Origin: Octopus vulgaris
Taxonomy: Eukaryota
Assembly: GCA_951406725.2 (NCBI GenBank)
Contig: OX597826.1
Location: 18,104,001-18,168,000 of the forward strand
Reading direction: 5' to 3'
Length of the DNA stretch: 64,000 nt
The notes beneath the pieces are model-generated. The model did no database searches. It was not told the origin of the DNA and was given only the letters and a program-made list of their open reading frames with translations. A program made the translations under genes and the position numbers. Positions 40,981 to 54,533 of this stretch are shown here, in pieces (the first letter of the stretch is position 1; every line of letters starts with the position of its first letter).

Positions 40981-43900
40981 CTGAGAGGAAAAAGAAATAT
41001 TCATATAAAACTCATAACAATAAAAAAAAAGTATTGCTCTGTGGTCAGAATCTTCTCTGAATGAGAGAACAGATTTAGAAAGTAGAAAATTGTAGATTTG
41101 TTTTATCTTTTCTTATATCTTTAATCATAAAGAATGTAAGAATATCATACCATTGCAGACAGGAGTTCAAGCATAATGACTAATTGAAATGACATACTCA
41201 CTGTCTTGCACCAGCTGAGTATTGACTCCATTTATAACTTAGGTACCACACTGTTGGGGTTCCTAGCAAAAACCTGTTCAGTCACAGAATGCAGTTGCTT
41301 CACTGAACCTGGCTCCCTCACTTTACTCTGCTCAACCAGATTACTATGGCAGGTTGTGAACTAGTGAGCAACTGACTGTATCGCATGCTACACACAGTAA
41401 CCAAATATCTCACAATTAGCAAACAGTCATTCTGGAAAAGGGAGAGAAAAATATTAGGTACTCCACCCACAAACTGATAAGCAGGTCAAAGGTCAAAGTT
41501 AAAATGCCTGAGATCCTTGGCTTGTTGGATCAGAGTTGACTTGAAACTACACAACAATCTCAACAGATTGACTTTTCTTTTAGTATATTCTCCCAAAACG
41601 TCCCACAAGGTTACTTAAATCAAATTAATTTGTACTGTATGAGGACACAATATTTACAGTACTTCTAATTAGACCCACAGTACCTTGTAGCCATACTCAG
41701 AGTAGCCACAGATCTAGTCTTTCTCATTCGCAAAATGGGATCCCCCCTAATTTTGCTCAGATTGCTTTCAATTTTGGTGTATCGATGCAAATCTGAATTT
41801 TGATTATGACCAACCAATTACTTTATCTTGTAAATTAAAGAATCTGATGTTATTTGGAATTAAAGTTGGGAAATTAGGGTAATTTTGGCCAATCAACAGA
41901 CAACGTGGCATTAGCAGGTTGTTACCATGACAACCACATGTTATGTTGTTGTTCACTGTTGTCTGTGCTGCAGTTGTTTATGTTGATTTTTCACACTTAG
42001 TTTTTTTTACTTATTTTTCATTTCATACATTTTTGTGATTCATTGTCTCAGATAGCTGGATTTATGATTTCACTAGGTAAATTCTATTCATAAAAATTTA
42101 AATTAGGAGTATTTCTTAAACCGTTAGCTTCACATTTCAACAGCTTAACTGAAATTTAGCACACGTAACAGTAACTGAGAGGGATATTGTGGAACAGAGA
42201 AACCGTGGGTGATACAGATAATTTGACATTCTTGTTGAATTCTGCATGCAGAAATATATACTATACAGGAATTCTTTTCCTTGGGTCAAATTCTTTGTTG
42301 ACCAGTATTATTCTTATCGTAGTTTACAAATCCAAGCATGAAAACGTTACTCAACTTTGGAGTTTTGGAGACAGATGCCCATTTTTCACACACACACAAG
42401 CACTTATATATTATTGGTGTACATAAATACATGGTAGATATACATAATAGTGAAGTATACATAAAGCAAACACATGCAGACAAATATATTAATATAACAA
42501 ATTAAAAATAATAAAAACATACAATCAATAAAGAGACAAAAGAAACACTAAGATGATAAATGTTGATTTTATTAGGTATTTCTGTTTATTTAGAAACCTA
42601 AAATGAAATTAGGTATTTCTGTTTATCTAGAAACCCACAGTGAACAGGTTAGATGCTAAACTATAAATTTCACAGGGTACAACCTTAAAGTTGACACTGC
42701 TCTGTTTTCTAAATGCAGAAAATTTCTGTCTTGGCTAAAAATATCCAGTTTTTTCAATTTTTAAACCTCTGTAACTTGTATCTCAAATTTTTTTCTCCAC
42801 ATCATACCGTCAAAGCAATGAGACTGGAAGGCTACATTATTATAGCAAATTTTCAGATTTTTTACTTCCTTTTAAAAAATGCATATTTTGCAAATGGAAA
42901 AAAAAAAGATCTGTAGCCTCTTGCTAGATCAAAGCTGCTTTCTTGACATACCAACACTACATTCCAGCCACACAAACACCATCTTCTAACCTTTACCATC
43001 ATTATTACCTTCAAGCTATACCAACATTACTACCTAGCCATGGTAAGACTTGCTTCTAGCTATTTCAATAAAACCTAGCGGTATCAAAATTACTTCCTAA
43101 CTATACCAACACTGCAGGCTATACAAATACTACCTTCCATATACAAATGCTGTCTTGTAGCTATACAGCTCAACAAGCACTATCTTGTTGCTATACTAAT
43201 CCTACCTGCTTGCTAGATCAACACTACAGTCTAGGCATAGCAACACTACCTTCTAGCTATATGAAAATTATCCTAGCTATATGAACATTATCTTCTGACT
43301 TATACCAGTACTAGCTTGCAGTTATATCAACACTGGTGGTCATTTAGCTCCTCTTATACAACAAGCTACAAAATGATTTCAACAGTCTTCACAGTAACTG
43401 TTTTAGTGCCTTTTACATCAGTTGTCCTATGGCTTGGAACATCCAATGTTAACAGAGTTACATCCATGTTTGCTATGGGACACACTTCAAATGAAACTCA
43501 TTTTCTTCATTGTTTCACAACTAGTGTTGGTATGCTTACATCCCCATAACTTAGTGGTTTGGCAAAAGAGACATATAAAACCAAGTTTAAAATTTAAAGA
43601 AAAGCACTGAGGTTGATTCATTCATCTAATATTCTTCAAGGCAATGCTCCAGCATGGCTGCAGTCTAATGACTGGAACAAGTAAAAGACAAAACATATGT
43701 GATCTTCTTTGTGACACAGATTACCATATTTGTAGAAACAGATAGTCTTTGCCTTCTCAAATCCACAACCCATTTAATATATTAAATATGTATATATAAG
43801 ACCTTATCATTTTGCTTTTTTCCTTGCTGTAAATTGCATTTATCTCTTTTAACAATTTTCAATTTTTCTTCTTGACTGAGTCAGCAACAAATCATTTATT

Positions 43901-44687
43901 TTTTTTTTTTACTAGCTGGTAGAGAACCAAAATGTCTTTCCAAAGCTCTATTTCCATGTGACTTTTTAATCTTTTTTTTAATAATTAATTGCACTTAATT
44001 TGAATTTAGCTATGTATGATAGTCTCTTTTCTTTAGACATCCTGAGGGTGTGAAAGGTAAAACAAAAAAAAAAAAATGAAGAAACAAACTGTTTTGCTTT
44101 CTATGCTTTCAATACTTTGGCTTCCGGTTATGCATCCAGCTGATGGTAAGCACATACCAGACAGCCAAGTAGCTGACAAAATTTTAAAAAATGATTAGGT
44201 GGTTGCTAACACTAATTGCATTAAGCACTTTGATTGGTCAACCGCAAAGCACATTTGCAATCCAAGGCAAGCACTCAAAAACAATTTTTTTTGTTAAAAA
44301 GTTAGGCCAGAAATTCATCAATATCAAAAATGGCCTTACTCTATACTCTCTAATTTACAAGCTCTTTTACTCTCATTTGTTATTATAACATATTTTTTTA
44401 AACATTTCAGGGAGCATTTACATGTTTTTAAAAATAAAATATTTCTATTGATATAAATATAGTTGAACTGTATGCATTCTTATCTACATATATCTACATA
44501 GAACACGTGTATACCATACATCATCATCATCATATACTGTCATTTATATATATATATATATATATAAATATATATGTATATACACACATATATATGTATA
44601 TATATATATATTTCGTTTTGGGATTTGGTTTGCAAGTGGTAAGGCTTCAACATGTAGTAAAACATTTGATCAGCGAAGAGGATAAAG

Positions 44688-45084
44688 ATAATGTTTTAAT
44701 AAAAATCACAAATCATGTTAAATACAGCTACCAAGGTTTTCCGGGTCAAAATAATTTATTTTACCATTTTTCAAGCTGAGAACAAGACCGTTTGTCAGGT
44801 GTCTTTTGAGCAGATAGTGTTTAAATAGTCTTCTTTTAAAAACATATAATGCTCCCCAAAAAGTATGTCTGCATTTCAAGAAATACATCTTGTCAGATTT
44901 CAAATGTCTTTTTTTTTTCTTGCCTTCTTCCTTACCAATGTCTCTTATTTAACTGTCATCTGCTCAAAAGACAACTGACAAATGGTCTTGTTCTCAGTTT
45001 GAAAAATGGTGAAATAAACTATTATTTTGACCAGAAAACCCTGGGTAGGTGCATTTAGCAAGATCTGTGGTTTTATTATAACAT

Positions 45085-45087
<3 letters not shown>
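44688..45087. repeat. Foldback inverted repeat, about 140-bp arms with 118-bp spacer
   Basis: 44688-44827 is the reverse complement of 44946-45087 with scattered mismatches (shared core ctgagaacaagacc.tttgtcag.tgtcttttgagcagat); (TA)n tracts on both sides. Confidence 0.85.
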
Positions 45088-45130
<43 letters not shown>

Positions 45131-45829
45131 ATTCTTACCTTTGATGTCTATGGCACAAGCATATAAATTTGGGCAGGGAAATAGGTGTTTCTCATTCATC
45201 AAAAAGTATAGCACATACATTATATGAGAGACTATTTTCAGTTTCTGTCTACCATATCAGCTCTCAAGGTTTTGGCCTGTTTGGTGCTTTAGTTGAAGGA
45301 TGCCATGCTGTGAGACTGAACCCAAAACCACATGACTGGGAAGAAGACTTTTTAATCACACAGCCATACCTGCAGCTTGCTGTAATAACACTACCTTTTA
45401 CTAATTAGTTGAGGCAGATTTTCTACAGCCAATACCAACCCTGTCACAAGCCATACCAATACTACCTTCTAACTAAACCAACAGTATTAGATGTATCAAG
45501 ACTATTTTCTATATCGAACCTGCACCACTTAAGTGATAGTCTTTGTCTCAAATAATACCTAGTATGCATTTTTTTTTCTTTTTGCAGACACTTTGCTCCC
45601 TCTCTACAGATGACAGTAATGAATTCCTATGATGCTTCATCTTATCATTCATCCTTTTGGCTCTCTTTATCCAACAACCATTAATATAACTCAGAATGAC
45701 TTCTCTTCTGTTTTTAACTATTTAAATTCTTCCTCTGAGGAAGGAGCTGGTTTCTAACAAAGATATAAAACACCATCATTGGAATGTAGATAATGAAAAC
45801 AAGGCCACATTTTAAATTTGAGAAAAAGC

Positions 45830-48800
45830 TTGCATATTTTTACTGTTTCACTTACTGACTGTATTTGTAATGTGTGAGTTTGTTGGTTGATTTGTTTTTC
45901 TGGAAATCTTAGTTTATCCAGACTGTCAGTTAGGCATTTACTCGCAAAACCAAGTGTACCAATTACTATTGGTATGAATGTAAATTTGAAATCTGGATTT
46001 GGAAGCTGGAGGTTTCAAAGCAGTTGTCCAGAGTTAGCTTCTTTCACTTTGATTTTCAAAGAGATATTCACATCACCAGGACAGCTAACCTCTATGACAC
46101 TACATACTTTTCTTGTCTGTTTCAAACAACAATATCCAGCCTATTGTGCTTACATTTGACAAATGTTTTGATGGAAATGTTCCACTGGTATTCCTTGAGT
46201 TGATGTTTGCGTATTCAATAATAGGAGATGCTCCTTATCTATTTCTGAATGACATTGTATATTGTTTTTGCAACAAAGTTGTGTCAGATTGGGAGATAGT
46301 ACCTTGATGACATTTTTGGGCAGGTGCTAATCGCCTGTTCAATGCCTTCCACTGAAATATGACATCATCTACATTTTTGGCTGCATCCTGCAGTTCCAAG
46401 GGCTTTACTGTCTCTTTTGTTGATTGGATATTTTGTAGCAACCTCATGTTCCTGGATTGCATAGCTTTTGAAGCGTGATGTCTGATGTGATGTAGTGATG
46501 ACAAGTTGATATTACTGTCTTCTTCAAGTTTTGGGGAAACATGTCCATGCATAGTGTTTTTTAGTATGCTCAGAGTTCCACATTTAGATCTTCTTTAAGA
46601 TATATTAGCCCAGCTGTTTTGAGGTTGTATGGAAGGTCATCTGAAAGAGAATGCTTCCTGAGGAGCTCACATGTAAGAAATTGTCCTCATCACTTTTTGA
46701 CTGCTAAATTAATGTATTTATTTTTGATATTGTTCTTTAGCAAGTGGTGTCTGAGAAATTATAGGACATCCAAAAGCTCTCTGCACTGATCCCAAGCTTC
46801 CGCCTCCTTTATCTCTTCTTAGGTAGAGTCTGTTGATATCACTATTCTTGTGGAGATTTCCATTTGATGTCAGTATCTTGCAGTCTTCAACATCTATGGA
46901 GTAGATTTCTTCTACAGACCAGTCAAGTAACCCAACTGTTGGAATCAGCACTGGTATTGCAAATGCATTGTGGGATATTGTCTTGCTATAAGAAGAGAGT
47001 TCCAATTGCCATATTTGTATAATCTTGAGTCACTCTAACTTTATTCACAGTACCATTGTATGATAGTTTTCATCCATTCCTAGGCACTTGTAGCATTCTT
47101 TGTGTGGGACAGGAGAGATAGCAAGCCCATTGATATACAGGTTTTGAGTCAGGGGGACTGATTTTCCCCATTCAACATTCAACTGTGTACATTTCTTTTG
47201 ACCAAATTTCATTTCCATTTCAACTAAAATGCTGTTATTAATTCCACCTGTTTTGATTTTTGGAGGGGGCTGGACATTGTTAACATTTTAAAAACATTAA
47301 CAAAGTCCCCCCCCCCCCCCCCCATAAATCTTGAAGTCATCCACAAAGAAATTACGGGTTACATTAATGTCTCTAACAGTTGTAGACCTTAGCATGTAGC
47401 CGCTTGATTTTTCTAGCTGGAATTATAATGGTCTAATGCTAAAATGAACAGAATTACAGAAAGATTATCTCCTTGGAATATTCCCTTTGTAACATTGGAG
47501 ACAATTGTCCCACTCTCAGTTCTAAGTGTAAGAATTGTTGCCCAGGTTTTTGTAGACCTCTCAATGGCAGCAATTAAGATAACAGGCACTTTTGCCTGTT
47601 ATCAGCCATAAGTGGGGAACAGAGTCAAATACTTTCTTATGAAGAAACCATACTGCTGTAAGGCTCCTATGATGTTTTTTTTTTAACTTCAGACAGTACA
47701 GCTTTGTTTATCAAAACATTGTTCAGTGCATCCCCACACTCCATTCTTTCCACCTGCCTACTCATCAGTTGCTATGTTGTTGGATTTGAGGCAGTTTATG
47801 TACAGTTTATACATAATCTTTAGGCAAGCAATAGGCCTATAGTTTTCAGCCAGCTTGGTGGTTTCATTCTTGGCTATAAGATTTGTCCATGCCATAGTAA
47901 ACCAATTTGGTTTGTCAGTGCTTCTGTATATACATATTAGTGGTTTTCCATAAAATGTCAGCCTCTTATACCAATATCCAATTATTAGGCTCCTTGCAGG
48001 TGCCCTCACATGATGCACTTTGCATACAGCTATGGTGAAAGTTTCATTGCATGTATTTTACTGTTGATGTTGCTACAGTGGTCTCTCCTTACTGTAATTA
48101 GCCATGATGCACTAAGGCTGAGATCCCTTTTTTTGCCCCAGATTTCCAATTAGAATCAATCAAGGTCTTGAGTGGAAGCTTCCTTAATGGTAATATTTCC
48201 CCTCCTCATCTCTCCTCTGTGAGTTAGAAGCAAACTTGTAATTTATGTAGGCTCATTCAAAAATTCACCTGTAGCAGTGAAGATTTTTGCTCAGTGTCCT
48301 GAGCTTGTGTTTTAGAGCAACTAACCTTCTTTCAAGAGCTAGGTGTGTAAAGAATCATCACAGAATTTACTTAATTTATTCAGAAGATGTAACTGATGAG
48401 GTGGAAACTCATTTTCCTTTTTACATTTCATTCTTGTGGTTAATCATCCTACATGATGGCACAGATTGTTGATGTTTTCTTCAAGGTTCATTTCTCACCT
48501 GGGTCGTTTCCATTTAGTAGTTTCATTATCAATTACACTGCAGATTTGTATAGCTGTGTATATGAGAGAGTATTAATATTCTTGTTATTAACATCACATG
48601 ATTTCATGTGTTCTCTAGCAAGATCATTGATAACTTTCAACATTAGAGCTGGTGAATCTTTTTTAAAATCTTATTAAGAATGAACTATTGCTTAACAATA
48701 ATTTCAAAAAAGTGAAAAGCTATCAGATCGTTTTTGTTGCTGTCAAAATTTTCTATTTTTTAAAATTTTGTTCCAATTATTTTCAAATTTGGTGTATTGA

Positions 48801-50430
48801 TGTAGTTTTGTATGTTAATTATAGAAAGGAAATTCATTTTGTTCATAAGTTAATAAATAAAAAGTTAATAATGTTTAAAGTTTGCAAATTTTGGGTAATT
48901 TTAGCCAATTGAAAACCACAGATACATTAGTGTCTGTTCCCATAGTAATAAAACAAGTTGTACTCTACTCCTGAAAAAGATGCAGCAAGTGTGTGTCTGT
49001 CAGAAAAGATATATAATTGGAAGGTGACACCCATTTTACTAATAGAGTAAAGGTACTGCTATTTTACCTTTACTCATGGGTCAAAGAATTGACTTCAGTT
49101 TGGTTTTGTGTTGAACTAATTACAATAGCTATGTTTGTGACGTAAGTGCAGAAAACCTGCTTCACAACCCAGATAGGGGGTCCTGGGAAGATAGTCAAGA
49201 TAAACAAAACAGTCTTCTCAAGATGTAAATATAACCGAGGAAGGGTAGTTGTTATTTGAGCAGTGGATTTTTGGAGGAGTGTGCCATGAGACCAAACATG
49301 CTTTTCTTTATGTGGTGCTGTATCGGAATTGTGACTCATAAGAGGAATGCATACAACAGTTGATCCTTCCAGGAACCACAATTTTGAGTGACATGAGGAG
49401 GGCCTATTCTCACATTCCTAAAATTGATTATAATTTTTGACATAGAACAGTGAACCACAGTGTTGAGTTTATTAACTCAAAAGATATTACCAACATGCAA
49501 CAAGTAGGAAAAAACACATGGGCTTATGTAAAATGAGGGAATAAACAAAGCTGCAGGACCCACTGTTGTGGGTGACTCATATGTCAGTGAGTTTTAACCC
49601 TAATCCTAACCCAAACCCTGAGAGTGTATCCCACTTTTGTTTTCGAATTTTTGCAACAAAAAATGTACTGTTCACATGAACTGGACTATTACTATAGTAT
49701 TATAATGTACAATTTGTTTTGTTTATTTTACTGTTTTTCACAAAAAAAAAAAATTCCATTGAGGATTTTTCTTTCTTAAATTGTTTACATGTCTGTTCTA
49801 TTATTTCACATGATTTTATTCATTAAAACTTATTAAAACTTTGAACTGCAAGAGTAACAGAAAAGATTCAAGTTTCCTGGGAACAGTGATTTCAGAATGT
49901 TTCTAAGTTGAGTATATTCCATAGTTGTCTCTGTTGACTTGGTCACTTTTGGAGAGGCACAAAAATTTAATGATGCTGGCAACAGTTTGTTTACATTATT
50001 TTCGATCCCTTTTCTGGCAAGCTTGACCAGTTCTGTTTCTATTTTTGAGAAGATTGATTTACATCACCAGAGCAAGACACTTTTTTTTTAAAAAAGAATG
50101 CTTGTTGTCAAAATTGTTCCACAATTCTTAAATTAGGGTGAACTTCATCCCAGCATTTTTTTTAACTGCTTCATATATCCAATAGAAGGGTCTTCACAGG
50201 CTTTTTCATAGCATCAAAGTAGATCTTGGTTTAGATGCGAAATCCCAAATTCTTATGATTTCTCAGATAGCTAACTGGTGCTGTAGTGCTTGTTTCATTG
50301 GTAATGGTCTTATTAATTTCAGCCATGATTATACCAGCAAACTTACACATTATATAAGGTATATTTCTTTTGAATCCAGTCTGAATAATGCTGTGTTGGC
50401 AAGTAAAGGGTGTTTCTCTTATTCATAATG
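45830..50430 (-). mobile_element. Decayed non-LTR retrotransposon with restriction-like endonuclease (R4/Dong-like), interrupted by an insertion at about 48.68-49.84 kb
   Basis: Minus-strand peptides with stops and frameshifts: SIGYMKQLKK/WDEVHP (about 50.15 kb), NYRPIACL, KKVFDSVPHLWL, KGIFQGDNLSVILFILAL, NFFVDDFKIY (RT catalytic), and C-terminal KHNRLDIVV...IEVSCPGDVNI...FIPIVIGTLG (PD-D/ExK REL domain). Confidence 0.88.
49121..49523 (+). mobile_element. Merlin / IS1016(IS1595)-like DDE transposase relic
   Basis: Frameshifted plus-strand translation YNSYVCDVSAENLLHNP / IGGPGKIVKINKTVFSRCKYNRGRVV / EQWIFGGVCHETKHAFLYVV...LILPGTTILSDMRRAYSHI...HRTVNHSVEF follows the ISXO2-like consensus IGGPG..VEIDES...RKYNRGR...WVFGG...PGT.I.SD...AY...H..VNHS. 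Confidence 0.85.
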
Positions 50431-51980
50431 GAAAAAAATCAACCAGTTACTGATTTAAGCTGGAGGAGTTGGCATCAATGGAGATGGAAACATTCAAAAA
50501 AAAAAATGTAATTTTAAAGTCTCCTCTACACCTACACGTCTGGTGCTAACGGCACCATCTTGTTTGTTTGTCTGTCTGTCTGTCTGTCTGTATGTATGTA
50601 TGTATGTATGTATGTATGTATGTATGTATGTATGTATGTATGTATGTATGTGTGTATGTATGTATGTATGTGTGTATGTATGTATGTATGTATGCATGCA
50701 TGCATGTATGTATGTATGCATGTATGTATGTATCTAGGTATGTAGGTATGTAGGTATGTATGTATGTATGTATGTATGTATCTAGGTATGTATGTATGTA
50801 TGTATGTATGTATGTATGTATGTGTGCATGCATGTATGTATGCATGCATGTATGTGTGTATGTGTGTATGTATGCATGTATGTATGCATGTATGTATGCA
50901 TGTATGTATGTATTGCAATGTTATCATCAGTCCAAATATGCTTGATGCATGTTTGAACTTGGGACCAAGCTACTCACTGCATGACAAAATATTTGGACTG
51001 ATAAATAACATTACAGTTTTTCTCATCCCTGCTTAGTATGTATTGTATGTAAACTGCTTTCAAGTCAATGAACTGTAACTTGGCTCGTGTGCCATCTTCA
51101 ATGCCAGTCATTAATATTGATTGTTGTAGACAAGTTCTTATTTGAACAAGTTTGGATTGATCTAGGATAATATCGTCCTGCTTTGTGAATTTTTACCTGT
51201 AATTCAAACGATAAATCCTTGTCAAACACATTATGTCAGACTGATTCTGCCTGAAAATTATGTTGAGGGTATCCATTTGTGTGGTATACTCAGCCACTTT
51301 CCTTGTTAATTCAGAAGCAGTCAATTCAAATGAGTGAATGAATGAATCATTGGAACACACTGTTTCATCATCATCATCCTTTGGCGGATGTTTCCCATGC
51401 TGGCATGGGTTGGACGGTTTGACCAGAGCAAGCAAGAGAGCTGCACCAAGTACCAGTCTGGTTTGTCTTGGTTCCTTCAGATGGATGCCCTTCCTAATGA
51501 CAATCACTTCAGAGAAAGTGCTCAGTGCTTTTTACATGGCACCAGCATGGGTGCCTTTTACGTGGCTTCAGCAGGGGTGCCTTTTACAGGGTACAGCACA
51601 AGTCCTTTGTACATGGCACTAGCACAGGACTCTTGCAAACCAGGGGGAATGGCATTAACACTTCTGCTGTGAAGGACAGGGCTTTTTGAGTACAGCAAGA
51701 TACCAGATATCTCAGTCCTTTGTTTACATATATATAAACGATGATGATGATGATGATTAACATCATTATCTTCTTCATTATCTAATATCTGTTTTCCATA
51801 TTGGTATGGGTTGGACAGTTTGACAGGAGCCGGCCAGATAGAAGACTACACAAGGTTACTGTGTCTGTTCTGGTAGGGTTTTTACAGCTGGATGCCCTTC
51901 CAAATGCCAACCACTTTACAGTGTGGACTGGATACTTTTTTGTGGCACCAGCACTGGCAGGGTCACCAAGTAAATATATA

Positions 51981-52815
51981 AGGAGTGGCTGTGTGGTAAG
52001 AAGCTTGCTTCCCAACCACATGGTTTTGGGTTCAGTCCCATTGTGTGGCACCTTGGGCAAGTGTCTTCTAATATAGCCTTGGGTGACCAAAGCCTTTTGA
52101 GTGGATTTGGTAGATGGAAACTGAAAGAAGCCCGTCGTATATATATATATTTATAAATATATATATACATTTGTGTGTGTGTCTGTGTTTGTTCGCACAC
52201 CATCGCTTAACAACTGATGGTGGTGTGTTTACATCCCTGTAACTTAGCAGTTCAGCAAAAGAGACCAATAGAATAAGTACTAGGCTTACAAAGAATAAGT
52301 CCTGGGGTCGATTTGTTTGACTAAAGGTTGTACTCCAGCATGGCCACAGTCAAATGACTGAAACAGGTAAAAGAAAAGAAAATATATATATATATATATA
52401 CACACACATATGTGACTGTGTGGTAAGAAGTTTTGTTCCCAATGACATGTTCTCCGGTTCAGTGCCATAGTGCAACACTTTGAGCAAGTGTCTTCTACTA
52501 TAGCCCCAAGCCAATTAGAGCCTTATGAGTCGATATGGCAGATGGAAACTGAAGGAAGCTTGCCATATAGGTTTGTGTATGTTACTGTCTCTTTGCCTTG
52601 ACATTGCATGATAGTTTTAAGTGAAAGTCACTGACATACAAGCAGTGTCGTTCATGCCCAATCTTTCATGAAATATGTCTGGCGATGTGGAAATATTACC
52701 TTGGAAACTTGTGATGGGCAGCAACAAGAAGGGCATCCAACTATAGAAAATCTGCTTCAACAAATTTCTTGCAATCATGAAAAAGTGGACATTAAATGGT
52801 GACGATTATGATGAG
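51981..52815 (+). mobile_element. Two tandem tRNA-derived SINEs, family C (51981-52375 and 52412-52815)
   Basis: Shared head ctgtgtggtaagaag...ttcccaa...ggttcagt...gcaagtgtcttcta...gatggaaactgaa; minus-strand copies near 45230-45370 and 60495-60635. Confidence 0.75.
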
Positions 52816-53714
52816 AGTGATGTAAATATGCTTTCAAAGGATCGCCATAATTTGATGATGAGAATTCAGTTGTTCACTATTTGGAATTACCTACTCCTGA
52901 ATTAACATGTAAGTGGCTGAATATTCCACAGACACAGGTACCATTTATTGTGACTCTCAGGTAGAATCAATGTGACACAGTGTGTGACAAGGCTTTATCT
53001 TTTGAATTACATGTGCAATCCACCAGATTGGTGTCTATACACTGTGTCTGCCTGTCTGTCTGTCTCACTCTACACACACACATACACACACACACATACA
53101 CACATACACACACTCATGCATATTATATATGGTTGCAAACAAACTTGCTCAACTTATACTACACAGCACTTATAGAATTACAGAATTACTTATTGATTTT
53201 TTATGCATTTGCTTTTATGGATAAGATATCAAAATTTTGATATTCTAAATACTATTCTTTGGAAACAAATGGTCACTTTTTAATCATCATGATCATAATC
53301 CAGTTCATTTATATTACTCCTTTGGTCAGTTGCACAGAAAAGATACTTGGTGCCTGGGGGCAAATATATTTTGGTGATCAAACTTTAATTAGTAGATGTG
53401 ACAGGCCAAAGGATATTGTACGTCTCTTCACACCTATACACAGGAAGAGTTTCACTGCTCCCCTTTCACTCTGGTTACATCTATACTCATACATGTTACA
53501 TGGTTCACTGAATCATTTCTTCATATCTTTCAACGCTTCTTTTTTTCCCTCTCATCTAACACTTTTACAATATTCCCAAGTCTGTGTTTAACCATTTCCT
53601 TTCAAGTCTTCATTGTTCTTTCACAGTTACATTTCGGCACACAGGCCACTGGTGTTATTCAGCTGGTATCGTGTATTTCCAAGTGCATACCAATATAATT
53701 GTCTTTTCCATATA

Positions 53715-54533
53715 TGCTGGGTGCAATGGGTAAATTGTCACCACTTTATACTTTTAATTTCCCACATGCACGTTGTTTGTTTTTGATTTCGTCAACTACA
53801 CAGTATAGTAGGGTCAGTTGGGCACCATCTGTGAGAAAAAACAGCACCATGATGCAATTCACTCCGTCAGAAATTTGGAAACAACATTCTGTACTGCTTG
53901 GAAGTGATAAAAATTGTGCTGAGAGTGATAAAAATCAAACATTCAAACATCATGGTGTTTGGAGTGATCACTAGTGATGGCGACATTATGCCTCCATTCG
54001 TCTTCCCACACAGATTCAGACTGAACACAGAAGTCAACATCAAGTGGAGGAGGTAGTGTCACCCTGGGTCAAGAGGATGGTTGCTGGAAGACATTATGTT
54101 TGGCAACAGGACTCTGCACCATGCCACACAAGCAGAACCCAGCCATGACTGCCAGACAATTTCTGTGACCACATCACCCCTAACATCTGACCACCTAGCT
54201 CCCCAGACTGTAACCCCTTTGATTATAATGTGTGGGGCACAGTTGAGCAAGAAACCAACAAAACTACGTGTAACACCGAAAATGAACTGAAGGCAAGGAT
54301 TATGGCAGCATTCACCAAATTAAACAAGGAGGCCACCCGGAAGAGTTGCAGGAGATTCCGAAGTTGTCTAGAGGCCATGGTTGAAGCCAATGGCGATTTT
54401 ATTGAATAAATCCACTCTTAAGTATTTCAAGATATTTCCATGTAATTTTGGTAAATATGTCTGTTAAAATTAGATGTCATTGTTATTTTCATTGTTGCAT
54501 AATTTAGACAACAGTTAATTCACCGCACCCTGT
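53715..54533 (+). mobile_element. Internally deleted Tc1/mariner element of DD37D (maT)-like type
   Basis: N-terminal MMQFTPSEIWKQHSVLLG joined to IMVFGVITSDGDIMPPFVF...YVWQQDSAPCH...PPSSPDCNPFDYNVWG...ANGDFIE*; 36 codons between the last two Asp in this copy; TIR-like ends gggtgcaatgg / caccgcaccctgta. Confidence 0.82.

Noticed and set aside
49070-49381. 103-aa minus-strand ORF with an upstream AG that looked like an exon
   Set aside because: Antisense to a Merlin transposase relic; no domain similarity and wrong phase for the exon chain.
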